Origin: Macrostomum hystrix
Taxonomy: Eukaryota > Animalia > Platyhelminthes
Direction of reading: 5' to 3'
NCBI GenBank assembly: GCA_950097015.1
Contig: CATNEN010000032.1
Location: forward strand, 682,001-746,000
Length of the DNA stretch: 64,000 nucleotides
Shown: piece after piece, positions 37,170 to 50,760 of the stretch
Layout: every line of letters begins with the position of its first letter
Numbering within the stretch: position 1 is the first letter of the stretch
Made by a program: the position numbers and the translations under genes
The notes under the pieces: model-generated
What the model saw: only the letters and a program-made list of their open reading frames with translations
Database searches by the model: none
Told to the model about the DNA's origin: nothing

Positions 37170-37787
37170 CCCTGCTGCTGCTGTTGTTGAGTGTGTGTAA
37201 CTTCGAACAAACGTTCCTAGCAACAGAGCCACTCGGGTTGACACCGCTGCAGAAACTGCTCTACCTTCCACTTGTCTCTGAGGCTCTCGCAACCATTGAA
37301 GCCTAAGTCAGCTCTAACGGCATCCCATCTCGGGCAGGCAAACCAGTGGTCTTTTGAGATCTTCGCCCCAGAAACTGCGCAATCTCTGCTGGGCTCCAGC
37401 TTCACCTTTTGGCGCCAGTAGTCAGCCTTCTTGCAGTGTCCGGTCCGGAGCTGCACCATCAGAACCTCGCAGCTCCGCGTCGTACTGCACTTCGTGATAG
37501 TGTCACAGTAGTGTTAAGCCTAGCGTTCTCTACTCTGAACAGTTGAAGGTTGTTAATGAAGTTCTTCATGCAACCCCAGTCTAACTGGGCAGAGCATTGG
37601 TCGAGTTGAGAGGCACGCTTCGCTTTCTCGTCTGCCTCCTCATTACTGGCGATCCCAACATGCCCTGGGATCCACTGAAGCCCCAGCCGGGACCACTCGC
37701 TGATTCGCCATAGCCTGCCGATGATAAGGAACAACCGCGTCGACGGGCTGGTCTTCTCGCTGCGGATCCTGAACAGTGCCGATTTAC
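37170..37787 (-). mobile_element. RNase H-bearing LINE (I/Ingi-like), 3' part
   Basis: KSALFRI...LQWIPGHVGIASNEEADEKAK, MVQLRTGHC, zinc-knuckle remnant DHWFACP, and a (caa/cag)n tail near 37170. Confidence 0.85.
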
Positions 37788-38608
37788 CCCGATGAAAATG
37801 TGACTGTGTCCTAGAATCGTAAATGAAGCGTTTGCGTCGCATTTGAATCGCTTTTGAAGCCTTTCGGAGTTGCAATGGAGGACTGGGGCGAAAGTAATTC
37901 TGTGTGATTCAAAACCGACGAGATGTCACGGTACACGTCGTAAAAGAAGCGTATTTGAAGCGCTTCTGAATCACTTTGAAGCGTTTTGCGGAAACGCGTC
38001 AAAAACGATTCACTTGACGCGTTTTAGCGGCGTTTCTGAATCGTTTTTCACTCACAGTTGAATCGTTTGAATAGGGCTGTCGCTGAAGTGTATCGGCCGG
38101 ATCTGACGCGCTTCGAAGCGCTTTTTGACTCGGAGTTGTAATTTTAGATTTTTTAAAACATATTTGAACAATTTCTGATTCCCTTCTGCTTCTCGGGGTC
38201 CTTATAGTACCATATTTTCGGAAATGAATAGTTACAAGAACTGTTCACACATGGAGTCGTTCAATCGGGGAAATCAAATTAAATGATCTGTGTCCCGGTA
38301 TCCATAAAAATGTAAGCCTGAATCAAAATAGTACGTTTGAAAGTGAAATATTTTTTCGTGACTTACGTTTCATTAGAATTGTCATTATTATTAATTAGAC
38401 TGTTTTAGTGAGCAATTAATCACTATGGCACTGTACTTTCATTTTATATTCAGCGGTACTTTTTTAATTCAGCAGGATAGCACGTCGAGTATATTATAGC
38501 CTTAACGGGCTTAACAATTTTAACAATTGACAAAAACTTAACAAAACTAACAAAAACGGAACAAATAGTAACGGGCTCAACAAATGGCCATGCCCATTAG
38601 TTCGCATC

Positions 38609-41479
38609 CTAATAATGAGCAGTCTCCTCGCCGGGCTCTCCATTCTGGTCAGACTGGTCGACTGCTGACTTTTTTGCACGGCGCCTCTGCTCACTGCGCA
38701 AGCGGCGGAATACTAGCTGAATATCCGCAGACGTCACTGCAGCTCCTGCGACGCGCACCAAGTACGACTGCACAACGTCCAGGACACTTGATGGCACTAG
38801 TTCGCGAGTGCCCTGGTTGCGAGTCCGGCCGGTCAATGATTTAGTCGCGATGTCTTCTTCCGAGAAAACTGCGCGCAGTATAGCCCGCACAAGCAGAAGC
38901 TGCGTGTGACTGGAACGCAACCTCTTATTCTCTTCTGTTGCGGACACCACCTCCGCGTAGCTTCTCGGCTTGACCTAGTGGAAGCAAGGAGGTGGACAAT
39001 TGTGCTGTGTGTTTGGAAGTGAACGTCAATTTTTCATCACCGTAATCATCAGGAAGAAAGAAACCTTGAATGGGTGCCCTGGAATCAGAGAGACCATATC
39101 GGGCATATCGGTCACGATACAGGCTGTGCCGCATGTGTCGGCATCAGCAGTTGCGGCAACATCGGCAACGGGCAGCGGGAATGCAGTAGCAGCAACGGAC
39201 ACAGTAGCCGCAGCTGAATGTGGCGCGTCCAATGGAATGCCCATCAGCTCAGCCAGCATTCCAGACGCAAAATCACCCGTGTCCGCGACTGTCTGTGCTG
39301 CTGGTGCATTGCTGCTGGCTGCATCTCTGATAGCATCAGCGAAATGGGCGATGCGAAGAAATTGCGCCCTGCATGCTGCCTTTGAACTGGAACTGTCATG
39401 CTGTACCTTAGTGATAGAAAGTGAAAAGGCTTGACTATACAGTCTTGACATTTCTAGCATTTGCGAGTAGATATTTGGGCCCCGTGCTGCTCACCTGGAC
39501 CAACTCCGCTTGTAGTTTATCCAGCTCCTTCTCCAGGCCCGAAATACGGAGACGCATTGCAGTGCTCTCCTGCTGCAACCTGGCGTTGGCTAAGTCCTTC
39601 GCGGCGCTATCCTCCTTGAGCCGCTGTTGCTCAACTTGCAAACCATGCATTGTGTGCTGCACACTCTGCAGCTCAGCGTCGCGCACGTGGCACTGCGTGC
39701 AGTCAAGCGACACTGAAAATGAGGGATTTGACGCATTGAACATTCGTTGCCGAACTCGTGCTTCCCGTTTAGTTGCTGTCCCCATAAGACAGTGCTGTAC
39801 ACATTGCTTCTTGGGGTCGGCTTCTTAGCCCATTGCAGTAAAACGTAATACCACTAGTGAAACCCGTTAGCTGGAGGTTACCCTAAGAAGCAGCAGCTGC
39901 TCGTTGCCCTGAAGTTTCCGGACTCAATGAATTGAAACACCCACATGAACCTACCAGTAGCTGCGGCAGCGCCTGTAAAGGTGTTCGCGGCAGCGGCACC
40001 GTATGCGGCGAGGTCAGCCGGAGTATTTTGCCGGAGTACGGGCGACTCTGCCTGAAAGTCTGTGAGGTAGGATGATTGCTCAGCCTTAGGATCTGAGAGG
40101 CTCGGCTTGTGACTTTGTGTCGATGAACTTGAACAGTCAATTGAGACGTACCTGTCCCGACTGGAATGGAAGCAGTAGCTGTGGTGGCAGCCTGCCTATT
40201 AGGAGCAGCGGCAGCAGCGCTAGCCCGCTTTCCAGCAGCGATGTCTGGGGCAGCCTGCTTATTAGCAGCAGCGGCAGCACCGGCAGCCCGCTTACTAGCA
40301 GCGGCGACAGAGGCAGCCTGCTTACTAGCAGCGGCGACAGAGGCAGCCTGCTTACTAGCAGCGGCGGAGGCGACGGACTTCGGGACGGTGGATGCGGCAG
40401 CAGCTTGGGGATCCCGATGTAGTCGTACGGGCGACTCTGCCTGAAAGTCTGTGAGGTAGGATGATTGCTCAGCCTTAGGATCTGAGAGGCTCGGCTTGTG
40501 ACTTTGTGTCGATGAACTTGAACAGTCAATTGAGACGTACCTGTCCCGACTGGAATGGAAGCAGTAGCTGTGGTGGCAGCCTGCCTATTAGGAGCAGCGG
40601 CAGCAGCGCTAGCCCGCTTTCCAGCAGCGATGTCTGGGGCAGCCTGCTTATTAGCAGCAGCGGCAGCACCGGCAGCCCGCTTACTAGCAGCGGCGACAGA
40701 GGCAGCCTGCTTACTAGCATCGGCGACAGAGGCAGCCTGCTTACTAGCAGCGGCGACAGAGGCAGCCTGCTTATTAGCAGCGGCGACAGAGGCAACCTGC
40801 TTACTAGCAGCGGCGACAGAGGCAACCTGCTTACTAGCAGCGGCGACAGAGGCAGCCTGCTTATTAGCAGCGGCGGAGGCGACGGACTTCGGGACGGTGG
40901 ATGCGGCAGCAGCTTGGGGATCCCGATGTAGTCGTACGGGCGACTCTGCATGAAAGTCTGTGAGGTAGGATGATTGCTCAGCCTTAGGATCTGAGAGGCT
41001 CGGCTTGTGACTTTGTGTCAATGAACTTGAGCAGTCAATTGAGACTTACATGCCCCGACTGGAATGGCTGGCATGGATGCAGCGGTGTGACGCTTGGGGA
41101 TGGTTGTGGCCGGCTTTACGGCTGCCTGATTTATTGGCTCCTCAATAGTGGCTGGCTCAGCAGCTTGGGCACTTGCTGATGCAGTTGCGGAGCCATTCGA
41201 ACCACGTCTTGGCAGCTTTGAAGGTGGTTTCAGGCGTGACACGCTACTGTGTGGCAAGTTCTTAGGTCGGTGACCCCGCGCCTTCAGGTGTACCGCCCCG
41301 GAGCAGCCGTCACACAAATACTTAGAGCTAATGGGGCACTTGGAACAGCAAATCGCCGCGACCTTGTCGCAGCGACCGCATCGAAATGCAACTGTTAGCT
41401 GTGCTGCTGGGCGCACTGGGATGGCACCGGTGTTGTCCGCAATGTGACTGGGACTGTGCATATACCTACGCTTTGGCAT
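38609..41479 (-). CDS. CACTA accessory protein: B-box-like Zn finger, Ala-rich repeats, coiled coil, BEN-like domain
   Basis: CxxC-x7-CxxC-x7-CxxC-x3-H-x5-H at ~41380-41270. Coiled coil at 39700-39470. LVRAILRAVFSEEDIATKSLTG...IQLVFRRLRSEQRRR at 38609-38950 resembles BEN. Exon joins only partly resolved. Confidence 0.6.
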
Positions 41480-41874
41480 GCTTCTGTAGGTATGATTGGA
41501 GGGACGTAGCTGACATGTATGTGGGTGTTCTGATTTACGTTTTTACAAAACAGAATGAGAAAGAAGTACAACGCGCAACAAAGTAAATTTCTTGAATCAA
41601 CGCATTCTTAATTGCAACGCATGTAATTAAGGTCGGACATATTTTCTTATTTGCCTTCGCGTTAATGAATCATGAATCATGAATCATCCATCTTAAATTC
41701 AGCGTGTGTGGTGCGAATTTTAGCGGATTGGGGAGTTTAAATGCTTCAACGTCGGGGATCGGGAGGTCGGGGAGGTCTAGGTACACGAGAAGCAGTCACT
41801 GTAGTCACTGCAGAAGCAGTCGATCTATTTCCTACAATAATGGATTCTTTAATGTCAACATGAGTTCAGCTTTG

Positions 41875-44531
41875 TTACGAGTGTGATATCTGGGGATGAG
41901 GCATGAGGGCAATGTGACTGTCCGTTACAGCGCAAGTGCCCAATATCTGCGCAGCGCGTAGATAAACGTCCGCGCTGTCCGGCAAGTCATCGAAAGGATG
42001 ACATGCCAGTCGGCGAACATGGCTGTAGCTGCAGCCTGCCTGGTCAGGGTCTGCAATTCCCGACAACAAAAACAGTGGCTGCATTGGTGGATCCGCCAGT
42101 GGCAGCGGTCGGACGCGGATGCTGATAGTAATGTCGTCTTCAGCTCGTCGAATTTCTTGTACACGGCCAAAAAAAAGCTCTCCGATCGTATGGAAAGCCG
42201 CTACGAAGCAGGAGAGCGTCCGACGAAGTCGCAGCCTTGCCGTGTAGGCCTCGACGTGAAAGCCGTTGGCCAACAATGCTCGCTGGAAGCGTCCGGGCCT
42301 GTAGCGCAAGGGTCGGGACAGCCTAACAGCAGCAATGCACTTGTCTGCTTCCTGCTGCGCAGTCACACCGGCCAGTGTCAGAGACGCCTGTGTCTCTCGA
42401 CACGCCACCTCCACGGCCAGCACTTTGCACAGCTCTGGTGCCAGATTCCGCCGGCCATGCAACTTGGTCAGCAGCCGTCCATGCTGAGACTCGAATAGGC
42501 CGGTAGACAACCTGTGCACTGGTCCGTACAGGTCGGCGTATGTGTGCATATGCCTGGTGACCTATTGTTGGTCAATATCGTGAAGTGCGGTACGATTGAT
42601 AGGAGGCTAAGCGTATTTCTCGAATTCCATCACTGTACTATCGAGACAGACTCACGTGGTGCACATTGTACGTGAGGCCCCGTCTAGAGTACAGCGGCTC
42701 CATCTGATGAGCGAAATGGCGCAGGCTTATGTGCGCCCGCTGCACCTCATGTAGTGGCGCATTCTCCAACGTTAACCAAAAAAAGGCGGATGAAAGCAGC
42801 AGGAAGTGCTGCGCGTACATCTCCGGAAGAACGTCAGAAAAGACTAAGGGCCCATACAACATGAGCCAGGCCTCCAGTTCGTGACCCCTGAAATGCCCAA
42901 GGTCGCGTAGCGTCCTCGGTGGCCGCTGAATGGCTCCTCTGGGCACACGAATGGTGGCCGTCAGCGCGTCAATAAGCGGAATAGAGTTTCGCAGTACGGG
43001 CGACGCTGTAGAGCAAAAGTTGAATAAGAATGGAATAACTGGTTAGTAAGTCCTAAACTGTCTAAGCAAGTATGTTACACAGGCAAATAAAAACTGACAT
43101 GCGTTACTATCCGGCCGCTTCATGCCAAACAGCTGTAACAGAATCCACTTTACAGGGCCCTCGCACAGCTGGTGCAGATAGCAAGGTGGTGTGGCTGTCA
43201 TGAAATTGTGGAGTATGATTCTATCATAGTATATATAGTGACACTCCTAGTAGAATACACTACTTGCAAACCCAACGAAAAAATGTGTTACTAGCGCACC
43301 CAGGACGTAGTTGAATCCAACGAGTTCGTTCAGGGCAGACACAAACTTGACGCCCAGGCTGCCTCCGGACATTGCTAAGTGCACAGTGTCATGGAGAGTG
43401 CGGTATTCCGGCTGCTCGCAGCCATACTCAGCAGCCAAGGCCAAATCCTCGGCAGCCACATCCGGCGAAAATATGCGGGCCTGCCCATGTCCAGAAGGAA
43501 CAGACCTGGCATAGCATTTGTCACAGCCGTGGACTGCATTGAAGCGCATTATGCCCATGGTCCCATGGAAGAATTAGTCGTAAAATGTCGCTTACAGGAA
43601 AGGCGTCGATGCAAAGTGTGTAGGATAAGTCCTGCCTGGCATCGAGACAGATCCTCTGCTTAAACTGCTCGTATCCCTTCGAAGTGAATAAACTGAGTAC
43701 TCCAGGCTCGGCCTGATGGTCCACCGGGAAGGTAACCCGCTGAAGCAGGCCATCCGCCTCAACGAGCAGTCGCAGCTGCTTCGCCACGTCAGCCTTCCAA
43801 TATGTGCAGCGACTCTCGGTGGACAGCGCAGCTGTACAATTACCACAGACAGCGTCTCTTTCTTCAACCGTGGACAGACAGCCAGCACAGAAGTGCGTCC
43901 TCCTGCCAGGGCGCCGATCCACACTCAGTGCACAGTGTAAACTATGTGGAGATACAGGAATGGACGCACCTGTGGGCAATGTGTCCTCAATTAAGCGCAG
44001 CACATCGCGAACGACTGCACCCGTCAGACCGTGTCGCATCACCAGCTGCTGCATCGCCACAGCGAAACTCCCATGCGTATGGCGACTTCCAGGACAGACG
44101 GGTTCCAGTAACCTAGCGTCCACATATGGCTCATCGTCGTCCGAGACACTACTACTGCTGCTGCTACTAGGCGGGGTAAAAAATGCGGCAGCATCAGTAT
44201 CATCGCCAGCCTCATCCTTAACATCAACCTCAGCCTCAGTCTCAGCCTCAATCTCAGCCTCATGCCATTCGCTGTCATCATCAAGATCCGTTGACATTGA
44301 TGGACCTGCCCCGGCTGCCGGCTGAGCTGCAGCTGTCAGTTGACGCTCCTGACGCATGCGGTCGCGCCTCCTTTTTTGCCGAAGAGCATCGCCTCGGCGA
44401 AGCCTCCCAGTCGGGTCGGAATCGGCCAATGCACGCTCGCGCCGCCTGTACTCCTTCCTATGGAGTTGACGTGCCTGACGAATGTCCAACTGAAACGTCA
44501 GTTTAAACAAATACTGCGTGTACGGTGCCAC
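41875..44531 (-). pseudogene. EnSpm/CACTA (Transposase_21-type) transposase, spliced, apparently internally deleted
   Basis: HFCAGC...VCGNC, LSYTLCIDAFP, RFNAVHGCDKC, QRPPRTL...FRGHELEAWL, LTYNVH, YGPVHRLSTGLFES in successive exons. Confidence 0.8.
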
Positions 44532-44756
44532 ATATGACTAAGTTTTGTTATGCGCAATTCCATATATATTTTTCAGCTTGATGTGATTTATTCCTACCAT
44601 TTCATTCATACTCTTGTCAGCGCTGCTGTGTCTTTAGACTACTAATAAAATGAGTATGCTACGAAGAACAAGTATCTTAACATATTAACATTCCCAGTGG
44701 CAAAGACAATTTGGAAGTAGCTGGTAACTTCTATGGCTACCTCAGGCAGTAGAAAA

Positions 44757-44990
44757 ATGAGATTAAATAAGATTAAATAAGATTAAATAAGATTAAATAA
44801 GATTAAATAAGACTTAATAAGATTTAATAAGATTAAATAGGACTTAATAAGATTTAATAAGATTAAATAAGACTTAATAAGACTTAATAAGATTTAATAA
44901 GATTTAATAAGATTTAATAAGATTAAATAAGACTTAATAAGACTTAATAAGATTTAATAAGATTTAATAAGATTTAATAAGATTAAGATT
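44757..44990. repeat. 10-bp microsatellite (ataagattaa/ataagactta/ataagattta)n inside the CACTA element
   Basis: About 23 units. Confidence 0.92.
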
Positions 44991-47557
44991 ATTATAGAAC
45001 TTGGCAAGACTTTCTACTTCTTTAATTAAAGAAGTAAAATAAAGTGTGACGTAAAAAACGAAAGCTGGTGTATAGTGCAGAATAGTGTCATAGGATTTAG
45101 GACATCGGATATCATTTCTACATTTAAGTTGGTAACTGCTGTAATGATCTGATAAGTTTCAACATTTTATTATGTGAACTCCATCGTAAAATTTAATGTG
45201 ATTTTAATTAATTTGAGTTTTGAATTTACTCTATCATTTTTACCCACCATATGCTAAATATGAGCTAGTCAGAACGCAATACAATAATAATATTATTATT
45301 ATGCATTAGCCATTCAATGTTAGCATCAGTACCCTGTCTGCTAAAGGTGAACTTTATAATAAACACTTTCATCAGCCTATTTATTCATATTAATTGTATG
45401 CAGAATTCAATTTCACTTAACAAATGAAGCCAGTTTACATTGCAATATACAGTGCAGTAATGCTGCAGAATTTTATACACTTGAAATATTGCAATGTTGA
45501 AATGAGTTTCAGCATATTTTTGTGAACTCAGTTGTACAGTTTTTTATACGATTTTAATTACTTTTTTCATTTACTTTCTTCACCCTCTATGGCAAAATGA
45601 GTTTTGCAGAAAAAATAGAGTAATATTATTGTCATGCACCACCATTCAGTATCAGTACCATTATCATTATCAGAATTATCAGTATAGTATCAATATTAGA
45701 TCAGTTATCATAAAGCACCCTTTCTTCTAAAAGGTGAAATATAAAATGAATTTCATAGGCCTATTTATAAGTTGTATGCTGAATTCCAGTTCACCTGATA
45801 AAGTAAGTTTACATTACAATTCAGTACAGTAGTACAACCAAAAATAGTTCAAACCAAAAATAGTCTTTTAACTAGAACACTAACCAAGTCTCTGTAATTT
45901 TTGTCATAATTAATGCTTTAAAGAAAGAGTAGTAATCACTACACAGTTAAGAGTGCCACCGCTAAAAGAACATTGCACTTAATTGCAATTTTGGATTTTA
46001 CGATCTCCAAAAACCGCACGAAAGCACAAGTATATTCAAATCGATAAATTTTATAAACGCGATTTAATTATGAATAAGCTAGACTCTGAAGCAGTTAAAT
46101 ATATTATTTATTCATACAGCCCGTAGCAATGTAATTCTATCTAGCCGGTTATTTAAAAAAATATTTTTTTAAATGCATGCAGTCCGGATTTTACTTACCT
46201 GCTTCGCTTGCATTTCATTGTTGTCTCGGCGAAGAATACTTAGAGCAAGTCTGAAATTGCTAACTCTGCTTCTCTAAATAAAAGCAGAAATATTTCGCGC
46301 AAATAAAGCCCACTTTGTACCGGCCCCTGAACGGAAGGATAGTGTTGTACGATTGCGTTGCTTTTTCTCATAGGACAACTAGTGCTGTTAGATTCAACAG
46401 ACATTTAGAGATAAGCATGAAACGGCACAATTTCATGTAAATTTAGTTATCATTTAATCTGACATTGAACAGACATCCTTTTCTTGACACGTCTCGTTGT
46501 GACACCCACTTACAACCAGTCGTGCTTGCAGCAAATTTGTAAAATAAATTAACAAGGTGGATTTTTTATAACAGTACGCGCGTGCTTAAAGTCATCCAAA
46601 CTAGGCAAAAATTTGGTGTCAAATAGGCTTAAATTGATATTCTGGAAACTTATTTATTAATAAGAAGTTAAATGGGTGCAGATATTCTCGCACTGTAATT
46701 TTAAAGTCGCAGCAGTTTCAATTGCCCCACGGCGTCCGAACTGCGGCATGAACGCTAGTCATAAAAAACGTGGCACTATGACACTAAAAATACTTTACTT
46801 TGCCTACAACTGAGAGCTCATTGTAAAAAGAACAAGCACAAAAATAGAGTCAGCGTCACGAGTCAAGTTCAAAGTCCGCCCGTCAGACTAAGTCGTCAAT
46901 TCGCCACATTTGATCATAGTTACGAGCATACAGTGGAATTCTGTAGAAGTAAGGAAACATTGCACACAGTTTCCCAGGTCCAATATGCTCCATCGCAACA
47001 TGGTCGCCTCTTCATGCTGTTTGGTGGCTCTGAAATACAAATGGGGGTGGTTCTTTGAGACAAAATTGTCGTTGAGACAACTATTTCAAAGTTAGGTTAG
47101 TTGAGGATAGATAATGAAGATGCATAGCATTTTGTAGTCTGTATTTTTAATAAGTCACTTCGGCTGGGGTTGGGCCTGTCTAAATTAGCATGGATAAATA
47201 GTTTGTAACTGAGGTGAAATTGAGTTAGAGCTTATTAATTACAATAGCAGATTTAAATGAAATGTCAAGTGTCGGGTAGGAATCCGACATAAATACTGTG
47301 CAGCAGGAAGAATACTTGAATTCGTTCTAACACGTTGCAGAAACTGTGTGAAAAACTTGAAACGCATCAGATACGCTTCAGAAACGATTCTAGCCATCCG
47401 AAAATGTTGTGCGACTCACTCACCCACCCTTGAATCGTTTTAGAATCACTAGAATCGTTTCTGAGTCACTAGACGCGCATTTGAATCACTTGACGCGCAT
47501 TTGAATCACATAAAACGATTCAAATGCGACTCTTGTCACGGTAACGTTTTCATCGGG

Positions 47558-49545
47558 TACTATCAGAGCAGATCAGGTCGCTGGTAGGCCGCATTTCCTT
47601 GATCACATCCAGGGCTAGGTCGATGGCTCTTTCTCCGGCAACCAGCGAGTTGCACAGACTGCCAGACGCCTGCCAGATCTTGCCTCCATGCTGGTCGTGG
47701 CCACACAAGCCGCGCCTCCGTTCCGCTGGCCCTGGCCGACGGATCCGTCTGTGAAAATGACCAGGTCGACTGGACCCCAGGCCATGATACTGCTCGGCTT
47801 CCTCGGCCAACTGGAGGCTGCCCTTCTTTCCGCCGTCAACAAGCTCCGTGGCAATGTTGTTGCCGTCCAGGTGGAGGCGCCGCCAAGGCGGGTGTCTCCG
47901 CGGCAGAGCGGTTCCCTGTCACCGCTGGAAATTTCCAGACATGGGGCCCGGGCTTGTTCTCTCCAGCCTTTATTTGCCGTAAGTCTCCTCGGAGCGTGCA
48001 GTTCACTGTAGCTCTTCAGGGGGTCATCTGCCGGTGCTCGGATGACCTTGTTCCAGGCGATCATAGCGCGCTTTTTGGCCTGCGTCCTTATGGGTTCGAT
48101 TCCCGTCTCCAGGTAGATCGCCTGCACGGGAGTGGACCGCTCCAGCCCGGCCGCCGACCGGAGGCACTCGTGTTGGGCCCGTTCAAGCTGCTCGAGGCTC
48201 GATCTAGACAGCCACGGGAGCCAGGCAGGGGCGCAATACCAGACGCAGCTCTCCACAATGCTCCGGTACACTTGCAGAAGGTCCTCAGTGCGCCAACCCC
48301 AACTGGTGCTGCACAGGGCGCGGATCACCCGAGTCTGCATCAATCTAAGAACTTGTTCATCTGTACTGCGGCCTCTGGAATCCTGCCTGCCAGCTTTTGT
48401 CGATCTTGTTTTCTTCTAACCAGAAATAAAGACGATTAGCGACCATGCGTTCCATCAACTTAGCGCAAACCGGGGTGAGGCTAATCGGCCTGTAAGAGTC
48501 CCTTTGCTTGGGGCCTTACCTGCCTGGATCGGCACGATCTCCGCTTTCTTCCAAATGCCTGGGCATTCATGCTGCGCCCAGGACCGGTTGAAAATACTCA
48601 GCCACCGCTCGGCGCATTTATCCGGCAAGTTCTTTATGAAACGGACCTCAATGCCATCAGCTCCGAACTCCGGCTTCTCGCTGTACTCCCGAAGCCTTCT
48701 GGCCACTTCCACCCGAACGCCCCGGTCTTCCTTCTCGATTTTGAGAGTGGTATTTTGTGCGTACAGGTCAACAAAGGTCGCGACTTTCTCATGGTCCGAC
48801 CTAGCTTCACGACCCTCTTTGACAATGATTTTATTCGGGATGTTGTCCTTCTTGACCGCATGAAGCGCTTTGATCGTGCGCCAGGTGCTCTTGCCTTCGT
48901 CCCCCTCCCTGAGGCTGTTGACATGGTCCTTCCAGAAGGCCAGCCGCTTCTCTTTGATGCACTCCGCGAGGGCGGAATTAGCTTGGTTCCATTTAGTGCG
49001 GCTCTCTGCGCTGGACCTATCCTCCGCGTCTCTTCTGCCCTTGATCTCAGCCAGCTCGGCATCCCAGAACGGCATGTTGCGTTTGGAGACCCTCTTCATT
49101 GGGACGCATTCCCGAGCTGCCTTCAGCATGGCATCATTGAGGCCCTTGATCTCCTGGGCCAGAGGGCCGTATGGGACGGCGGCAACGGCTTTCTCGCACC
49201 TCTCCGCAAAGTTCGTCCAGTCCGCCTTTTTCCAAGCCCAGGTAAGGCGGCGGCGGCACTCCATGACCTCCCTACGCGACTCCAGGGTGATGACGATTGG
49301 GTGGTGGTCGGAGCTGAGCCCTCGGACGATCTCCCATTTGCATTGCATGCTGAATTCGGATGCGGCCAGGGAGATGTCAGGCGCACTGCCCGCACCAGTC
49401 CTCCAATCAGTCCTGGTGGCTAGCCCATCGTTCAGGATCTCGTAGCCAAATTCGTCAGTCCAGTCTAACAGCTCTGACCAGCTTGCAGTCCATCTTGCAC
49501 TGGTCTTCTGTGGCGCCCCACGTGGTGTCGTGAAGGTTGGAATTA
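47558..49545 (-). mobile_element. RNase H-bearing LINE (I/Ingi-like), 5' part
   Basis: APE (NLHDTTWG, PDISLA, SDHHPI), WKKADW, WKKAEIVPI, YRPISLT, RNase H start IFTDGSV...GGAAC...ICSDS. RT core (QGS/YADD) missing at ~48340. 5'-truncated. Confidence 0.88.
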
Positions 49546-50551
49546 CCTGTTACAGGTTTCGCTGAATTTTCCAGGGCTAAAAATTAGTCACATTTTGACC
49601 ATTTCGCCATTTTTGGACCTAGTTCGAGAAACGTCAAAAAACGGAAAATGCACTAAAATCAATTGAGACATTAAAATAACTAAATTTTGAGGGTTTGATA
49701 ATCATTTTTGTGTTAAATGCACCAATAATTTATAATTGATTCAGCTAATTACACACTTATCACATTTCTATTGCACTGTAACACATAAACGCGAAATTCT
49801 ATGCAATTTATATATATATTTAGCGGCATACTGGACATCAATCAATATGTGATCTGATAGCCATCACATCTTATTTCCAAAGTAAACAAACAGAATTAAC
49901 ATGTACAATATTTTTCACATATAATTATTACAAGCATGGTTATAAATTGTAAGCGAAGGCAAAAATCGCAGTCATGAATGCATGCTACTTTTCTACGAGT
50001 ATTTACTACATACGCTATAAATGGAAACAATTGTGCCGGGTAAACAACAACTCAAACTGTTTGATTCACTATTTTATATAGCTTTATTGCCAAAGTCGAA
50101 TTAGCTGTGCTTAATTGTCAAAAAAGCAATCCCACGCTGTACTGCCTGCCGTGCAGCTGAACTCAAGCTGTTCTGCAGTCTGAAAGCTGAACCCACATTT
50201 CTCAGCATTCTAGAAGCTAAAATCACCCTGCTGGTGATGCATCAAAGTAGACTTATTTGTATAATTCAATTAACAAATTCTAGTTATCAGACATGCCTTA
50301 ATTACTACTTTTAATGTACATTACTTTAGGTAGATTCTGTCCTAGGATATCCTGTAAAATTTAGCCTGGAACATTTAGCTGATTGTGCAAATAGCTAACC
50401 TTTTTTAAAGTTCAGATGAAGTGTGCTAGCCAGCTGCACGGCAAAATATGTAAAAATAAATCCAGCACAAACTTTTAGAATGCAAAAAACAGCTTCTCAT
50501 TTTTATGTACTGTGTTAAACTGACATAAAGAAGCAAGAACCCACGCTAATG

Positions 50552-50760
50552 AAATGTCTGGAAGCTGAAGGCACACTGCTGCACTGTCTGGAAGCTGAAG
50601 GCACACTGGTGCACTGTCTGGAAGCTGAAGGCACACTGCTGCACTGTCTGGAAGCTAATGGCACACTGCTGCACTGTCTGGAAGCTGAAGGCACACTGCT
50701 GCACTTTCTGGAAACTGAATCCACACCGATGAACTATCCGGAGGCTGAATCCACTATTAA
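50552..50760. repeat. 30-bp minisatellite (tgtctggaagctgaaggcacactgctgcac)n
   Basis: 5-6 copies. Confidence 0.9.

Larger units (their letters stand above)
37788..47557 (-). mobile_element. CACTA/EnSpm (CMC) DNA transposon, 9770 bp
   Basis: TIR CCCGATGAAAA(T/C)GT(G/T)AC, 3-bp TSD TAC, subterminal tgaatc repeats at both ends, spliced transposase and a second accessory gene. Confidence 0.9.
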
